This document shows positions 50,101 to 62,996 of a stretch of 64,000 nt of DNA, one piece after another (positions within the stretch are counted from its first letter, which is position 1; each line of letters starts with the position of its first letter). A program made the translations under genes and the position numbers. The stretch is from Lama glama (taxonomy: Eukaryota), in the NCBI GenBank assembly GCA_028534125.1, contig CM052818.1, positions 46,812,001 through 46,876,000 on the forward strand, read 5' to 3'. The notes beneath the pieces were generated by a model. The model did no database searches. It was not told the origin of the DNA and saw only the letters and a program-made list of their open reading frames with translations.

Positions 50101-51380
50101 TTGTCAGATTCAAAGGCAAAACCTTTCAGCATCTCGGTGGTGAAATTTGAAGTTCTCCATTGGTGTGCTTTCTCTCTCTGCCCCCTTGGCGAGGGGCAGG
50201 GCCGACAGCTGCTGGCCTCCAGCGAGTGCTCGGGCCCGTGTGCTGGCCCTCCTTGGCGCCACCTGCAAGCAGAGGAGAGGCAGGGGTGGAGGTGGTCCAG
50301 GTAGGGGTCAGGAGGGCTTTGGAGGGAGGGCTGGGCTCCTTCCTTTGCTCTCAGGCGCCCTCCTTTTCCCAGGAGGAAGTGTTACATGGCATGAAAGAAC
50401 AACATTGGGAACCAGAATAGCCTTGCAGGACCCGGTCCGCCCGTGAACTCCCCTGTCTCTCTGACCCTATCTTTCTTCATCTGCGAAACAGAGCTGGTCT
50501 GTGAGTGGAGGTCGAAGAGGGTGGTTGGAACAGAACAACGGTTCTTAAACAAAGTTTCCAGAAAACCCTTTGTTCCTTAAGCTGGACTAAAGGATTTTGC
50601 TACTAAAATCAAGTAATAAAGGTTCTCCCTGGTTTGTAGATACAGTGACATCAAAAGCTACTGGTGGCAAAGGACCCCTGTTTTCCGCTTACCACAGGGG
50701 TCACTCATCCTGGGTGTCCCAGGGACACCGTCAGAGCACCTGTGTGCTTGCTGGAGGCACAGCGTCTCCCAGGCCTGTCGGGACTCTGGGCAGTGAGGGC
50801 CTCCCCATCCCATCCCTCTCACCCTGGTCACCTCCGGCAAGGCTGCCACGTTGGCTTTCCCGCCAGTGGCCTCTGGCCAGCTGGTCACAGTGTCTACTGG
50901 GCCACTCTTTGGGTCCTGTCCCTCTCCGAGAGTGACAGAGCCCTCCTTGTGTCCCCCCACGTTCTGCGGGCTTCATAGAGGCTGGTGACAGGGCGAGGGG
51001 CAGGCCGACTGCATCCTCGCGTGGCCAGGAAGGTGCTCCTTCCTCCAAACCAGGTGTCCCTCCGCCTCCCGCCTCACCCCGTCCCTGCCGTTGAGACTGG
51101 GAAATGCAGCCTTTAACGCCTTGGGCTGAGAATCTGCATTTGGGGTGTTTCACCTTTGAGGGCTTCCCCCCAATAATGGGGAAGTTCTCCCCTCACATCT
51201 GCACGAATGAAAGGCTAATATCAGAGAAGGTCTTTCCAGAGGTCAGAGATCTCTCAGAATGCGGACACCAGCTGTTTCCAAAAACAGACTAACTGGAAGC
51301 CCAGCTCACCTACTCTGGGTTAGGTTTTCATACTGAATAGGAGGTTCTCAGTCTTAAGTTTCTCTTCCACGAAGCTTAAG

Positions 51381-51454
51381 CTGTGGCAAAATACACACAA
51401 CATCAAAATGGCCATCTTAGCCATTTTTAAGCCTGCCATTCAATGGTATCAAGT
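51381..51454 (-). mobile_element. L1MB-like 3' tip
   Basis: 'tgtggcaaaatacacacaacatcaaaatggccatcttagccatttttaag'. Confidence 0.65.
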
Positions 51455-52924
51455 TTCTCTTCCATAATTTTTAATATTTCGTAGCATGTTAGCACCTGAC
51501 CATACGACCTTCTTCTATGAGGTAGGACAAAAACATAAATTCTGCTTTTTAAGTCGAATGAATGAATCTGTGCTTCTACAGACAGCACCATCCCCTGGGG
51601 GCTGTTGTCACCAGACGTCACCGCTCAGCCCTTTCCGGCTGCAGCTCTGAATCTGACCCAGGTTTGGTGGAGACCCCGGCAACCTCCACTTCTTAGCTCT
51701 GTGACTTCAGACCAAGGTCTTGGTTTTCTTGTCTGTAAAATATAGATAGTGAGGCTTTCCCTGGGGAGCGTAGAATAAGATGATAGTACTTGGAGAGCAG
51801 CCGGCACCCACTGGCCCGGGAAGGCTGCATCTCGCTGTGACTGCCCTCGGGTGGCCTCCGGCAGCCTCTTGGCCAAGCAGGACGTGCTGACGGGCCGAAG
51901 CCTGTCGGAGCAGGTTAAAAACAAATGGAAGTAACCCCAGCGAGGGAAACTGGGTGAAAACTACCCAGGCCTGAAGCCGACCGCTGACCTCCTGCTTGCT
52001 AAAGTCGACCTAGACTATCCATTTCCCCTTTGTGGCTTCGCTTAATAGGAAAGTCCCTGCAGGTGTGAGCTGAGACTTACAAAGAAGGTTGGGAGAGAGC
52101 AGCCTGGAAAAACAGTTCCACCTATAAACACCTGTGTTCACAAGTGCTGTATTTGTACAGCTATTTTCAAACACTGTTTACACACACCTATCCTCTCACC
52201 CCGCTCCGGTGCGTTGCCTGGCATCTGCGGACCCGCTGGCCCGGGGCCAGCCTGCCCGTCGGAAACGGCTCCCCCTTCCCCCCGCCACTCGGCTCGGAGC
52301 CCAGGTCTTCCTGGGACCTCCTGTGGCCTTCGTGCTCCCAGGGTGACCTCTGGGAGCTCAGCCCAGTCAGGTCTGAGACCTCAGTGTGGCAAGGAGGGCC
52401 TCTTAGGGGCCTCTTGGGGGACAGTGACCCCAGCTGGATGGAAGAGGACACCTGCCCTTTTCTTAGCTGGCCCAGGTCACTTTGCATTTTCACACCCACA
52501 GGAAATTTGAGCCCCTCAACCACCTGATTACAACAGCCATGCAGGACTGCCTGGGGAGGGGGGAGCCACCAGAGAGCCAACAATGAGACCTTTAGAGGTC
52601 CTGTGGACAGAGGAGGAAATGTGTTCAGTGCAGCCCTTTTTCATTCCATAAGGACTCTAGAATTTGTTCAGAATTCCACCTGACTTCCGACTTCCTTCAT
52701 GTCTCACCTTGGTGAGTGGTTTCACCCCCACCTGCACGGGAGACTCACCGGGACCTTCTGAACGTCCGACGTTCAGGCCCCAGGCCCAAAGATGCTCGTT
52801 CACTCAACCCAAAGTGGGGCGCGGGCTCCAACCCATTAGAGTCCCCGATTAGTCTAAGGTATGGTGAGTTAAGCACGGCTTCCCCGGTAGGATGGCCGGA
52901 CATATTCGTTTACAATAACCCTTT

Positions 52925-53790
52925 GACTTAGAATAGCTGTGCTTTTACAGAAAACTTGCAAAGATGGCACCGAGAATTCCCCCGCCTCTAGCCTGCCCCC
53001 GTCTCGTTAACGGGGACATAGCTGAAGTCACTGATCTCAACTCAGGCTCCGGCGTGCATCCACCACTGCTAACTAGACTCCGTGGGTTATTGGGGTGCTG
53101 CCAGCTTTTCCCGAGTCCTTCTTCTGCCCTTGGGGACCCCTCCTCACATTGAACTGTCACGTCTCCGTGGCCTCCCCTGGCCTGTGACAGTTTCTCAGAC
53201 TGGCCTTGTTGTCTGTGACCCTGATGGTTTTGGGGGCACATATTTTGTAGAGTCCCTGAGGTTTGGGCTTGGCTGATGTTTTTCTCGTGCGGAGACTGGG
53301 TGATGGGTTTTGGAAGGAATACCCAGAGGCCAAGTGACATTTCCATCCTGTCACAGGAAGGCAGGTCTCAGCACAGGACTCATCACTGCAGATGTGGGAC
53401 TCGGTCACCTGGCTGATGGAGGCAGTGTCCATCCTCCAGGTTCTCCACGGTCAGGTCAGCCCCCTTCCCACATGGTCCTCTTCGGAGGCAAGTCACCGGG
53501 CACGCCCACACCATTGCGGAGGGCGGTGTCCGCTCCATCTCTTGGAGGGGGCGGTATCTATGCCAAGTCTGTAGAATTCCTTTGTCAGGGTGAATTATCT
53601 TTTTCCCCTATGATTTTTTTTCCACTTATTTATTTATATTGGTGTGGACTCACAGATAGTTAAACTTTGCGTTATAACCCAATACTCCGTTACTTAATTT
53701 GTTGCTCACAGTGATCCAGAGTTGGGCGCCGAGAGCTCTTCCCAGGCGGCAGCTTTGTCCCTCTGAGGTGCCCCATCCTTTTGGTTTCCA
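52925..53790 (-). mobile_element. L1MC4/L1MD-like 3'UTR fragment
   Basis: 'ttttacagaaaacttgcaaagatgg...ctgtgacagtttctcagact...ttggctgatgtttttctc...gttataacccaatact'. Confidence 0.75.
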
Positions 53791-55384
53791 GGTACTTCCT
53801 CACTGAAGAAGAGAGGCCCAGGCTTTGCAGAGCACCTGCTGCCTTCTGCTTGGGCATGTCATTTGCATTTTCATTGTTTAATAATAACCACTCCTTCCTT
53901 TCCTTAACACACTCTCGCTTCCTCTCTGATTCAGTTTTCACTCTTGTCCCAGGAGAGGCTTCACAGGGTGGTGGAAGGACCTCAGGTGGAGAGCCAGGTG
54001 GAGTTTGTCCCCCAGTTCTGCTCCTCCCCAGATGTGTGACCTAGAACAAGCTCCTTCACCTCCACCAGCCTCCGGTCTCTGATCCGGGAGAGGAACCAGC
54101 ACTGAGTATATCAAAGGAGGACTGTGAGCCTTGGGGACCAGTGTAGACAGGGCCAGCCTCATCTTAGACAGCAGTGCCGACAGTGCCTGCCTCACGGGAG
54201 GTGCCCGTGTAAGTAGCTTTGCCATTTTATTCCTGCCTCGGGCTCTGCTGCTAAGTGACCAGGACCTTTTTGATCTCTTTGATCCTCAGTTTCCTTGTCT
54301 GTAAAATCAGGGGACTGGACCAGGTGGTCTCAGAAGACCACCCTCCTCTTCCCGATGTTCCATGTGGGCCCAGATGCAGCTGGCTGGTGGGAGTGGGCGA
54401 TGGGGGGAGAGAGCAAGAGAGGGGCCAGCAGTCATAGCACTGGGAACTCAGCAACCCAGCTCGCGGCCAGCCTGAGTCTCACACTGGAGTCAGCTTTGCA
54501 AATCTGCCAGTCAAAGAAGACGAAACTTTACACTGGAAATGTAAGCCCACATCTGGGCTGAAGCCCTTTCTTCCTGGCCACTCCCACGTGTATTTCAGCT
54601 CTTAGCATGTTCAGGCTGGCTTGGGCACAGGCTGGCTATCACAAGCCAGTCTGATCTGCTGGGAGTGAAATGTGTCCGCCCTCACCAGCACTCACATATG
54701 CACGCATGGGTCGTGTGTTCTCAGGTATCTGGTCTCCCATCTCTGTGTGGCCCTTTCTACCCAGCGGTGATACTTGTCAGCTTCTGTCAACAGGTGGGAT
54801 TTGGGCTGGGGTGTGAGGCTGGGTTTCTGGTGTGAATTTCTGAGGCTGGTTACAGGTGCTGAAACCAGGACCAGGGCCTGGCCATAGGTGGGGCGTGGCC
54901 ACCCCCTGGGCGTCCTGTGGGAGCCGAGCCTCCGTCACGGATGGGGGCCAGTTCGCCAGAGTAGGAAAGGGGCAGGTTGGGGTGGGGGAGAGTGGGCTCT
55001 GGAAATGGCATGGGCAGGGCCCAGGGGAGCAGACCCAGGCGCCCACAGCTTGTCTAGTCTAGCACGGGGTGGGGTGGAGGGGGCCTGCTCAGAGCAAGTT
55101 TGGGCTTTAGTCCCAGAGGAAGAAGTTCGAAGGTACTTACCCAAACTGGGCCACAGGTTAGCGCGAGCCCAGGGCTCTGGCCAAGGTGGTGGATGTCGCA
55201 GGATTCAGGGCTGGGCAAGGGAGTGAGAGAAGGAAGAGGGGAATCTGGCTGTGAGCCCTTGGTGATGAAGGGCTCGGAGAGATGGGGACTCAGGATGTCC
55301 AGTCAAGGGAGGCGGTGGCAGCAAGGACAGGACCCAAGGGGACAGGCCTACTGGCCTCGCATTTGTACATATTGCATAAATCAG

Positions 55385-55570
55385 TACTGATGTATCACCA
55401 CGTGCACATAAAGATGCATCCAATGAGACGTTTGTGGAAGCATTGTTTGCAATAGGGCAAAATCGAAACAACAAAAATGTGCATCGACATGGGATTCAGG
55501 ATCTATAATGTGTATCTATTCAGTGGGATACTCTGCGGATATTGAAAAGAATAAGGTGGACTTGTAGGAA
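55385..55570 (+). mobile_element. Old L1ME-type fragment
   Basis: 'agcattgtttgcaatagggcaaaatcgaaacaacaaaaatgtgcatc'. Confidence 0.65.
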
Positions 55571-55574
55571 TCAG

Positions 55575-56050
55575 TGGATTAACACTGGTGAGAAAAAAGA
55601 GAAAGCTTTATTTTTCTCATGTAATCCCACATCTGGAGGGAAGCAGTTGCTGCTTACCAAGGTTTTCAGGATCCCAGTTTCTTCCTTTCCCATGCCACCT
55701 GCATGAAGCGTGTTGGCTCTTAGATCCTTACGTTTATTTTCTCATGGTCCCAAAATGGCTGCTGCAGCTCCAGATCACACCCAAATATAAGGACTAAGGA
55801 AGGAGGGCAGGTCAGTGCCAGACACAAATATCTTTTTCTTTAATCTGGAAATTGAGGGCTTCCCAGATGCTACCTGGTCTCTCCTTCCCCCGGCATGGGC
55901 CATCTCACCCCCCCATCTCATTGCCCAGAACAGGGTCTCAGCTGTCTGTCCCAGCAGCAGAGAAGGCTGGAGAAGTGAGTGGCTTTCCAGCTGCCATAGC
56001 AAGGAAAGAATGTCTGAAACAGCTGTCAAGTTAGCCAGCAAATAGTGTTT
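55575..56050 (-). mobile_element. Old MLT1 (J/K/L-type) LTR
   Basis: 'ctcatggtcccaaaatggctgctgcagctccag...catctcattgcccagaac...ggctggagaagtgag'. Confidence 0.7.
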
Positions 56051-57342
56051 GCCCTGTGCATGGGAAGGACTCAACGGGAAGGGTCTCCAGGGGGCTCCTG
56101 ATAGTAGTTGCCTCTGGGGAGCAGGATGTGAGATCTGAGGGCAGAGTGGCTTGATTTTTTATTCTATATCCTTTCCTGCTCTGACCTTTTTGTTACCAGG
56201 TGTATACGTGACTTTTTCAATGAAAACATAATTGAAATCAAATTAGAGCCTGGGGAGATGCAAGGGATGCCGTATGGCAGGCGAGACCATTGATTCAGGA
56301 GACAGTCTGGGGATGGCCCGGGGGCTTCTGTATGTGGGGGCATGGCTGTTTTTGGGGTGCCTGTGGCCAAGTCTAAGGGTGAGTGTGCTGAAGACTAGGT
56401 GTGTGGGAAGACCCTGGTGCCTGGCATCTGGGAGGTGGAGGATGGGGCGGGGGTCCCCCAGTTCACCAGCAGTTGGGATAGAAGGGGGGGCAGGGGCAGG
56501 GAGCTGGGAGAGTTGGATCCCCCATCTTTCCAACATTCACTTGGTGAGTGTTCGTGACTATCTTGCTGCCTCTTCTTCCAGAAAGCAGTGTCGAACCGAA
56601 CTTTTCAGGAAAACCCCTCCCTGCCCTGCTGTAGACACTGACATATGTTTCTAATTCTGCTGCCCAACTTTGACGGCACAACATGAAGCCGACATGGGTA
56701 GAGGATCTGAATCAGTCCTTGGATCAGACACCTAGGGTGGCATTGGAAGAGCGTGAAGGAACGTGCGCTTTTGCTCTTCCTGAAGGTGATCTCACTTAGG
56801 GCGGGCAGGAGGGCATCTGCGCCCCCGCACATGGCTGCGGGGAGGGAGGTCCAGAGAGGCGCGGAGGCCAACAGGTCAACACCACCTGAACCTTTCCCTG
56901 CTCAGCGAATCGTCTGAAATGACCCCTCAGGGGGACATGTCATGGCTAGATTCAGGATAGGATTTCCTCTGTGGACCAGAGAATGGAAGACTCTGACCTT
57001 GCCCTGGTTTTAAAATTGACCTGCAGGATTTTGCTGAAGGAAAATGGTTCCCTGGTTCTCCATCAATCAATCTAGGGGAGGTTTTAAATCTAAGATGGGA
57101 TGTACTTTAAGTATGAGCCCCTAAAATTCTCTTTAGTAGAGCATCACTCTAGAGAGAGCCTAGCATCAGGTTCGTGAATACAAAAGCCAGCAGAGGGTGG
57201 CACTCCAGTGCCTCCCCGACAGCTTGTGGGCACTGATGGTAGATGCCAGAAAGGATTTATAAAGACTCATAGATTTTTCAGGTAGCCAGTCCTTACACTC
57301 ACAGAGCACACAAATTACCTGGTTCTGAAGACCTACAGCAAA

Positions 57343-57900
57343 TGTATCAGTCAGAGCTCACTGCAGGACACAGAAACTGCTCTAGGTCTGTTAAGCAGAA
57401 AGTGTCTTAATACAGGGAATTTGCTCTTTACAAAACAGATGGAAGGGCTGAAGGAGCAGGTTCTAAGCTGGGTCACTGGAATGATTCCTGGAGGAATATG
57501 GAGCTGGCCACCGGGAGAGCTGCTGCCTCCGATGTTTCTCCCCCCAGTGGGACTGGAGTCAGATGCTGCCCCAGCCTCTGCTTCTACTAGAGAATGGCCG
57601 CCTGAGGTTGCAATCGAGGTGTTAGGAAGTCAGATCAAGACCCCAGGAGCTGGAGGAGGGACACTCTCATGTTGCTGTTGGAAACCCCCACGTGTCTGCA
57701 GCCCAATTTGCAGCAGCAACAGTCCAGCTCTGCGGGCAGAGGGCATCTGCCTCTCTTCTACCATCTAAAGTTGTCACTGAGTGCAAGCTAATTTGCACCC
57801 AGAACCTTAGCTGCAAGGAAGCGTGGGAGATGCTCCCAACTCTTGCATCGGATGGAAGGAGAGGCCAAAGGGGCTACTCCAGAGAGTCCAGCTCATGGGC
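57343..57900 (-). mobile_element. Old ERVL/MaLR-type LTR
   Basis: Begins 'tgtatcagtcag...cagaaactgctctagg...ttaagcagaaag'; contains 'ccttagctgcaaggaagcgtgggagatg'. Confidence 0.55.
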
Positions 57901-58382
57901 ATGGCCAGTAGGTGCTGGATGGCTAAGGGAGACTTGTGCAATGTTGATTCTTCAGGAAAAGTTCGAGTCACAAACAGGTTATGCTTTGGGTGGGTAAGTT
58001 ATGGAAATCAACCATTTCTCCCAGTTTCCACATGTGGTCCTATACGCATTTGGTCTTAGCTCTACCCTATTTTGAAATATGGCCTTGAACAAGCCTCAGT
58101 TGCTCCAGTTGTCAAATGAGGTCGCATGACAAGTTTGAAGCTGGTGTCCAGCTTTGGGACGATTTCTCACAGCACTGTTCAGCACAGGCTTCGGGTCTCG
58201 AGTCGGGCAAGCCTCGTGAGCCTTCCGTGAACAGCAGTCCTTTGTTCCCGGGTTTTCCAGACTTCAAGTGCACTTCGCTGGTGGCGGAGGGGGCGTGGTT
58301 TCTGAGAGCTCATGAAAATCAAAGCAAATTAAGAGGAAGAAAGCTTGTGGAAAGCTGGGTAAAACCCAAGCAAAAGTGGATC

Positions 58383-58396
58383 GTTGCCCAAGCAAC
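58383..58396 (+). promoter_or_regulatory. RFX X-box-like palindrome
   Basis: GTTGCC-CA-AGCAAC. Confidence 0.5.
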
Positions 58397-58714
58397 GATG
58401 TCTGGGAAGGCCTGTCTCATGTGCCTTTCTCAGCAGTGGCCTCCTTTTGCAGATGGGAAACCATGGCTTGGCCAGCTCGGTGACATTAGAGGTGATGCTC
58501 TGTTGACCACATGGCAGCAGTAGGGCTGGGAGGAGAACAGGCGTCCGGCGCTTTGGTCCAGGGTTGCGTGCCCCTGACCAGCAATGGTGGGGGCATTGTC
58601 CCCTCTGAAGTCCGCCGGTGCCCTGCTGGGTGCCCTGGTATCCAAAAAGTAGTGCAGGGAGGGAAATTGAGGGTTTAGGGTGGGGTCCCCTTCTGCCTGT
58701 CTACCCACGGGCTC

Positions 58715-58830
58715 CGGCGACATGCTGGTGAATGTTTAACAACTGACCAAAGGAAAGACAAAAGAAAAAGCCCACGTTTGCCCATTTCTGTGGTGTAAAT
58801 ACTCTCACCACGCTGATTCCAAGCTACAAA
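58715..58830 (+). mobile_element. MER63-like hAT-Blackjack fragment
   Basis: 'tgctggtgaatgtttaacaac...tttctgtggtgtaaatactctcaccac...ttccaagctac'. Confidence 0.7.
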
Positions 58831-59714
58831 GAGGCACCCCGGGGTGCACATTTAGAAAGCGATGCTCACACTTGGCTATGGGGATGCCACGCTTGGCTAC
58901 GGGGCTCTGCACACTCTGACTTGGGTGGTCCTCCACCACACTCGTGGGCGAAAATCACCCCATCGCTCATGAGAGAGGTGGGAAGAGTGATGACCAGCCT
59001 GAAGGTCATGGAGACTAAGGGGAGCACAGGCTGTGGGATTCGGGGGGTCCCGCCCTGAGGAGGCAGTGATGTCAACCTGATGGAAGACGGTCTGAAGCCA
59101 CGTGCACTGACTGTTCTCCAGAAGGGATGGTTTTAGGGCACCACCCTCACCAATTCCTACCCAGCACCAGCGACCCTGAGGGCTCACCCAAAGTCACACA
59201 GCTAGTGACTGCCCTTTCCAGGCTCTTGCTGGAGCTTCAGAGGGCATCATGCTCAGGGATGCTCCTCCCCTGCAGGCCAGAGCGCTGGGAGGTTGCTGGC
59301 CCGAGGCCCAGAGAGGAGCCCCAGACTCCCGGATGGCTTGGGGTCATCTCGCCCCCTGCCCCCTGCCCCCACCCCACTGGAAGCTTACGTCATGTGCAGC
59401 CTGGTCCCCACCCTCTCCCCTTCTCCCTGCCCCAGGTGTCCCAGGGATACAGGGGACCTTCAGAGGTGGCCCCTGGGGCGTCAGAGAAGCACCACAGAAA
59501 CCACTCCCACCAGTGTGGCTGAGCCAGGCCAGCACTGGGGTGCAGGGTGGGCCTGGAGGAGGGGGCAGGGTGCCCCGGCCTCGCCTGGGTGACCTGTGAT
59601 GAAGGACACCAACAGGAAGTGACGCTCCACTGCAGTGGGGCCCCTGACCTCCACCTCACCCTGTAAAAAGTTAAAACGCAGTCATACAAAATGAAAATGG
59701 CAAATTGATTGAAA

Positions 59715-59940
59715 GTAGAGATGCCAGAGCCCATGGGTTGGATCTGACCCCAGGTCACGCCAGCTCCCAGTGGTGTGAGATTAAGCCAGTTTCTCCTCTG
59801 CTCTCCAACTCGGTTCTTCATTTACAAAATGCTGACCTTGTAAGGTCGTTGTGAGGATTAAGTGACTGTGGACACTTTGATCACAGTGCTGGCCTGTGTA
59901 AGTCCCCCCCACATAGCAGCAAATCAATAAGCGTTAGCTA
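59715..59940 (+). mobile_element. MIR SINE
   Basis: 'ttcttcatttacaaaatg...gttgtgaggattaagtga...tcaataagcgttagct'. Confidence 0.65.
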
Positions 59941-60740
59941 TTTGGTGTCATCTGTGTTAAAGTCAGTGGCCTCAGCACATTGGGGTTCCTTTAAGTTTTT
60001 GGGGAGTTTGGCTGGTTTGGAAGGAGGCTTTGTGCTTTTCGTCCTGCCTACTGGCCAGGCCCCTTCCTGTTAGCCCTGTCCAGGCAACGAGGGATGGAAA
60101 TCCACGCTTAATGCAGTCTAGCGTGTCCTTTGACCCTCAGCTCCCTGGTCGCGATTTCTAAGCGTCTTGCACCATGGCGCCCCTGGGAATGTGGCCTCTA
60201 AGACTGTCACTTGGGCGCATCGACTGTTTAAGGGAAGGTGCTGAGAAGCTGAAGAGAACCCAGCTGGGCCTCAGTTCCACTGCATTTGGGATTCCAGATC
60301 TGCCGCTTCCAAGCTCTGTGACATCAGGCAGGTTGCCGCACCTTTCTGAGCCTTGGTTTCCTGTCTGTAGCAATGAAATAAACTGTAGTCACTGATGTTG
60401 ATGTCAGTTGTGAGAAGGAAGGAGGCACATTCGTAAATATTACATGACATCATGGAAACGTACCAGGCCTGGAGTGGAAACACAGCCTCTCACATCCTAG
60501 TGCCGAGCGCTGTGTGACGTGGTTTGGGGCATTATGTGACCTCAGTCTCATGACACCCGACGAGGAGTCACGGGTTGCAGCACCCAGGGTACAGATGACC
60601 TGCCTGAGGCTGAGGGCCTGGCCACCTGCCCGAGGGCCGCAGCGCCAGGCCTCAGCTGAGTGGGTGTCGGCTGGGCTGGGCTCTGAGCGCTGCGGCTACG
60701 AGGAGGCTCTGCTGCCTCCCATTGTGTCTTTCTTTCTTTC

Positions 60741-60840
60741 NNNNNNNNNNNNNNNNNNNNNNNNNNNNNNNNNNNNNNNNNNNNNNNNNNNNNNNNNNNN
60801 NNNNNNNNNNNNNNNNNNNNNNNNNNNNNNNNNNNNNNNN
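60741..60840. other. Assembly gap, 100 N
   Basis: run of N. Confidence 0.99.
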
Positions 60841-62996
60841 GGGCACTGCCCAGTGGCTGAGCAGGGCCTGAGCACACCGTTCTTGAAGGTGTTTAGTAAG
60901 TGTAGCTTCCTCCAGGCTGAAGAGTTCTTGAGGCATTTGCAATGTAAAGGGTGGCCATCCTCCATGACGCAGGGGGCAAGATACCATCAGAACAAGAATA
61001 TATTTAGAAGACAGGAAATGAGCCCTCCGGGCTGCCCTTGACTTCGCAGCAGGCGTGCTTTCTTGCCTTGTGAGCCCTCCCAACCCAAGGCGATGGGAGA
61101 GGACATGGCTCTGGTCTCCTGCTGATGCGTCCTTTCCCTCCTCTCTCTGTCTTTCTCTGTCCCTCCCTCCCAGCAGGCTTTGCTGGGGTTGTCCCGAAGT
61201 GATGGGGAGAAATGACATTTTGTTAGGAACTGAGTCACTTCTCTGGATTTTTTGAGCCGTGTCCCTAATTAGCAAACCTGTTTCAAGAATGGGAAAGTGA
61301 GTGGGGCTATTTTTAAGTGTTCTCAGCATCAGCGTTCCTAATTCCTGGAACAGACCCCAGTGGCTTTCTCTTCTCAAGTGCAGATAAACACTGAACAGCT
61401 GCATGACTTTTGGCAAATGAGACTTGCTGAGAGTGTCAGTTTACTCATCTGTGAAGTGGGGCTACCACTCCCTACCTCGGCGGGGGGGAAGGACAGACCA
61501 AAAGACCCTGTGAATTTTCTCCCCGCCCCGGCCCCCAGGGTGCAGTGCCCACGGGCATTCAGTGTGCTCAAAGTTCCTCTTGTTATTTTTATAAGACAGA
61601 CGGTTCCAAGACCAGCGTGGGGACTGGGTGAATTCACCCATGTACTAAACACAGGTGTGTCTACCAATTTAAAATCCACCTTGGGTTGGCTATCGGGGGA
61701 ACCAAACTGAAACTCATCGGCCAGGGGAAACTTGTCAACTTCCGTCCAGTAAACAAACATTTGCCAGGCTCCACTGTGCCCCAGGAGGGCATCTGGAGAG
61801 AGAGCGAGAAGGTGGCCAGGACCTTGTCCAGGGGTGGAGATGGACACAGATGATGACCAGGGGGCACCTAACTCAGCCTAGGGTGTGAGGAGGCTTCTGT
61901 GCAGACGTCATTGTCTCACTGCTGTCTGAGGATACGTGGGATGTGCGGCTGGACCGCGGATCGGGGAGTGTTTATAGGTGTGCTCCACGCAGAAGCAGCC
62001 ACTCAGAGCAAGCTGTGTGGGGCGCGTTACATCCCAAGAGAAACCCTTCTACGTGTCTAATGTAAACACAGGCTCCTCTCAATTTCCTGTTCCTTGAGTG
62101 CTGGACACTCCGCTCTGGGCTTTGCGTGGCCCTTTTCCCAACAGCTCTGTCAGGTCTCTGCTGTCACCTTCTCCAGCTTACAGGTGGGGCCAGACCCTTG
62201 TCCCAGGTCTTACAGCCGAGACAGGGTGGAGCTGGGATTTGAACAGAGATCTCAGTGACATGTCCCTTTGAGTTACCAAGGTCCACCCCCGCTTGAATCC
62301 TTCCTGATCTGCGGCCCCGGAGAGATGTGATTTTGCTGTGGTCGCTTCTCGCCCCGAGAACGTTACCCACATGCTGACCGTAGTGTCTCCTGGGTGGGAT
62401 TCTCCTGGGACCCCCGGAGGACAGAGCTCTCCCGTCTGCTTTGCTGTCCGCCTCCGACATCTCCGAGTGCTGGGGCAAGACGGCAGGGCCTGCAGGTTCT
62501 GCAGCAGCTGCTTCTGGTGCGGAAGCCTCAGAGTCCACGCGGTCCCCTGTCCTCCTTGGGGTCACGGGCACCCAGGCCAAGGCCGGGAGACGCACCACCC
62601 TCGGTGTGAGGGGCGGAGAACTCCACCAGCCAACTGAAGGCCCGCCTGGGCAGCGTGTTCGGCTGGGGGTGGGGGTATGTTGCCCTGGAATGTTCTGTGT
62701 GCTTAGAGAAAACACCTTTAAGAACCTTTAGCATATTTATTGCCCTCTCCATTATAACTCAACGTGTCACATTGCGTGAATTCATATTATGTGTGAGATA
62801 CACAATTAGCTACATTGTACAATTGATGTCTTGGTTAATTTCCAGCCTTACAGCTTTCTTATCAGAGGTTCAGAGTTGAACTCGAATGAGTCAATGGAGC
62901 TACGGGTTAGCGTAAGGCTGGGGCGGGGGCACGTGGAGGCTACTGTTGGAAAGAATCATAGGTGCGCGCTGACATCAACTTTTAGCACTGGGACTA

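Noticed and set aside
50255..50269. CTCF-like motif (reverse complement CTTGCAGGTGGCGCC), with similar partial matches near 1950, 32960 and 57188
   Set aside because: Mismatches at core positions; partial matches are common in GC-rich DNA
52758..52776. Perfect palindrome CTGAACGTC-C-GACGTTCAG
   Set aside because: 9-bp arms are expected by chance in 64 kb once spacer lengths are allowed to vary, and there is no supporting context
1034..62893. At least 14 AP-1 TGA(C/G)TCA sites
   Set aside because: About 8 are expected at equal base composition; the excess is modest and the sites are dispersed, not clustered
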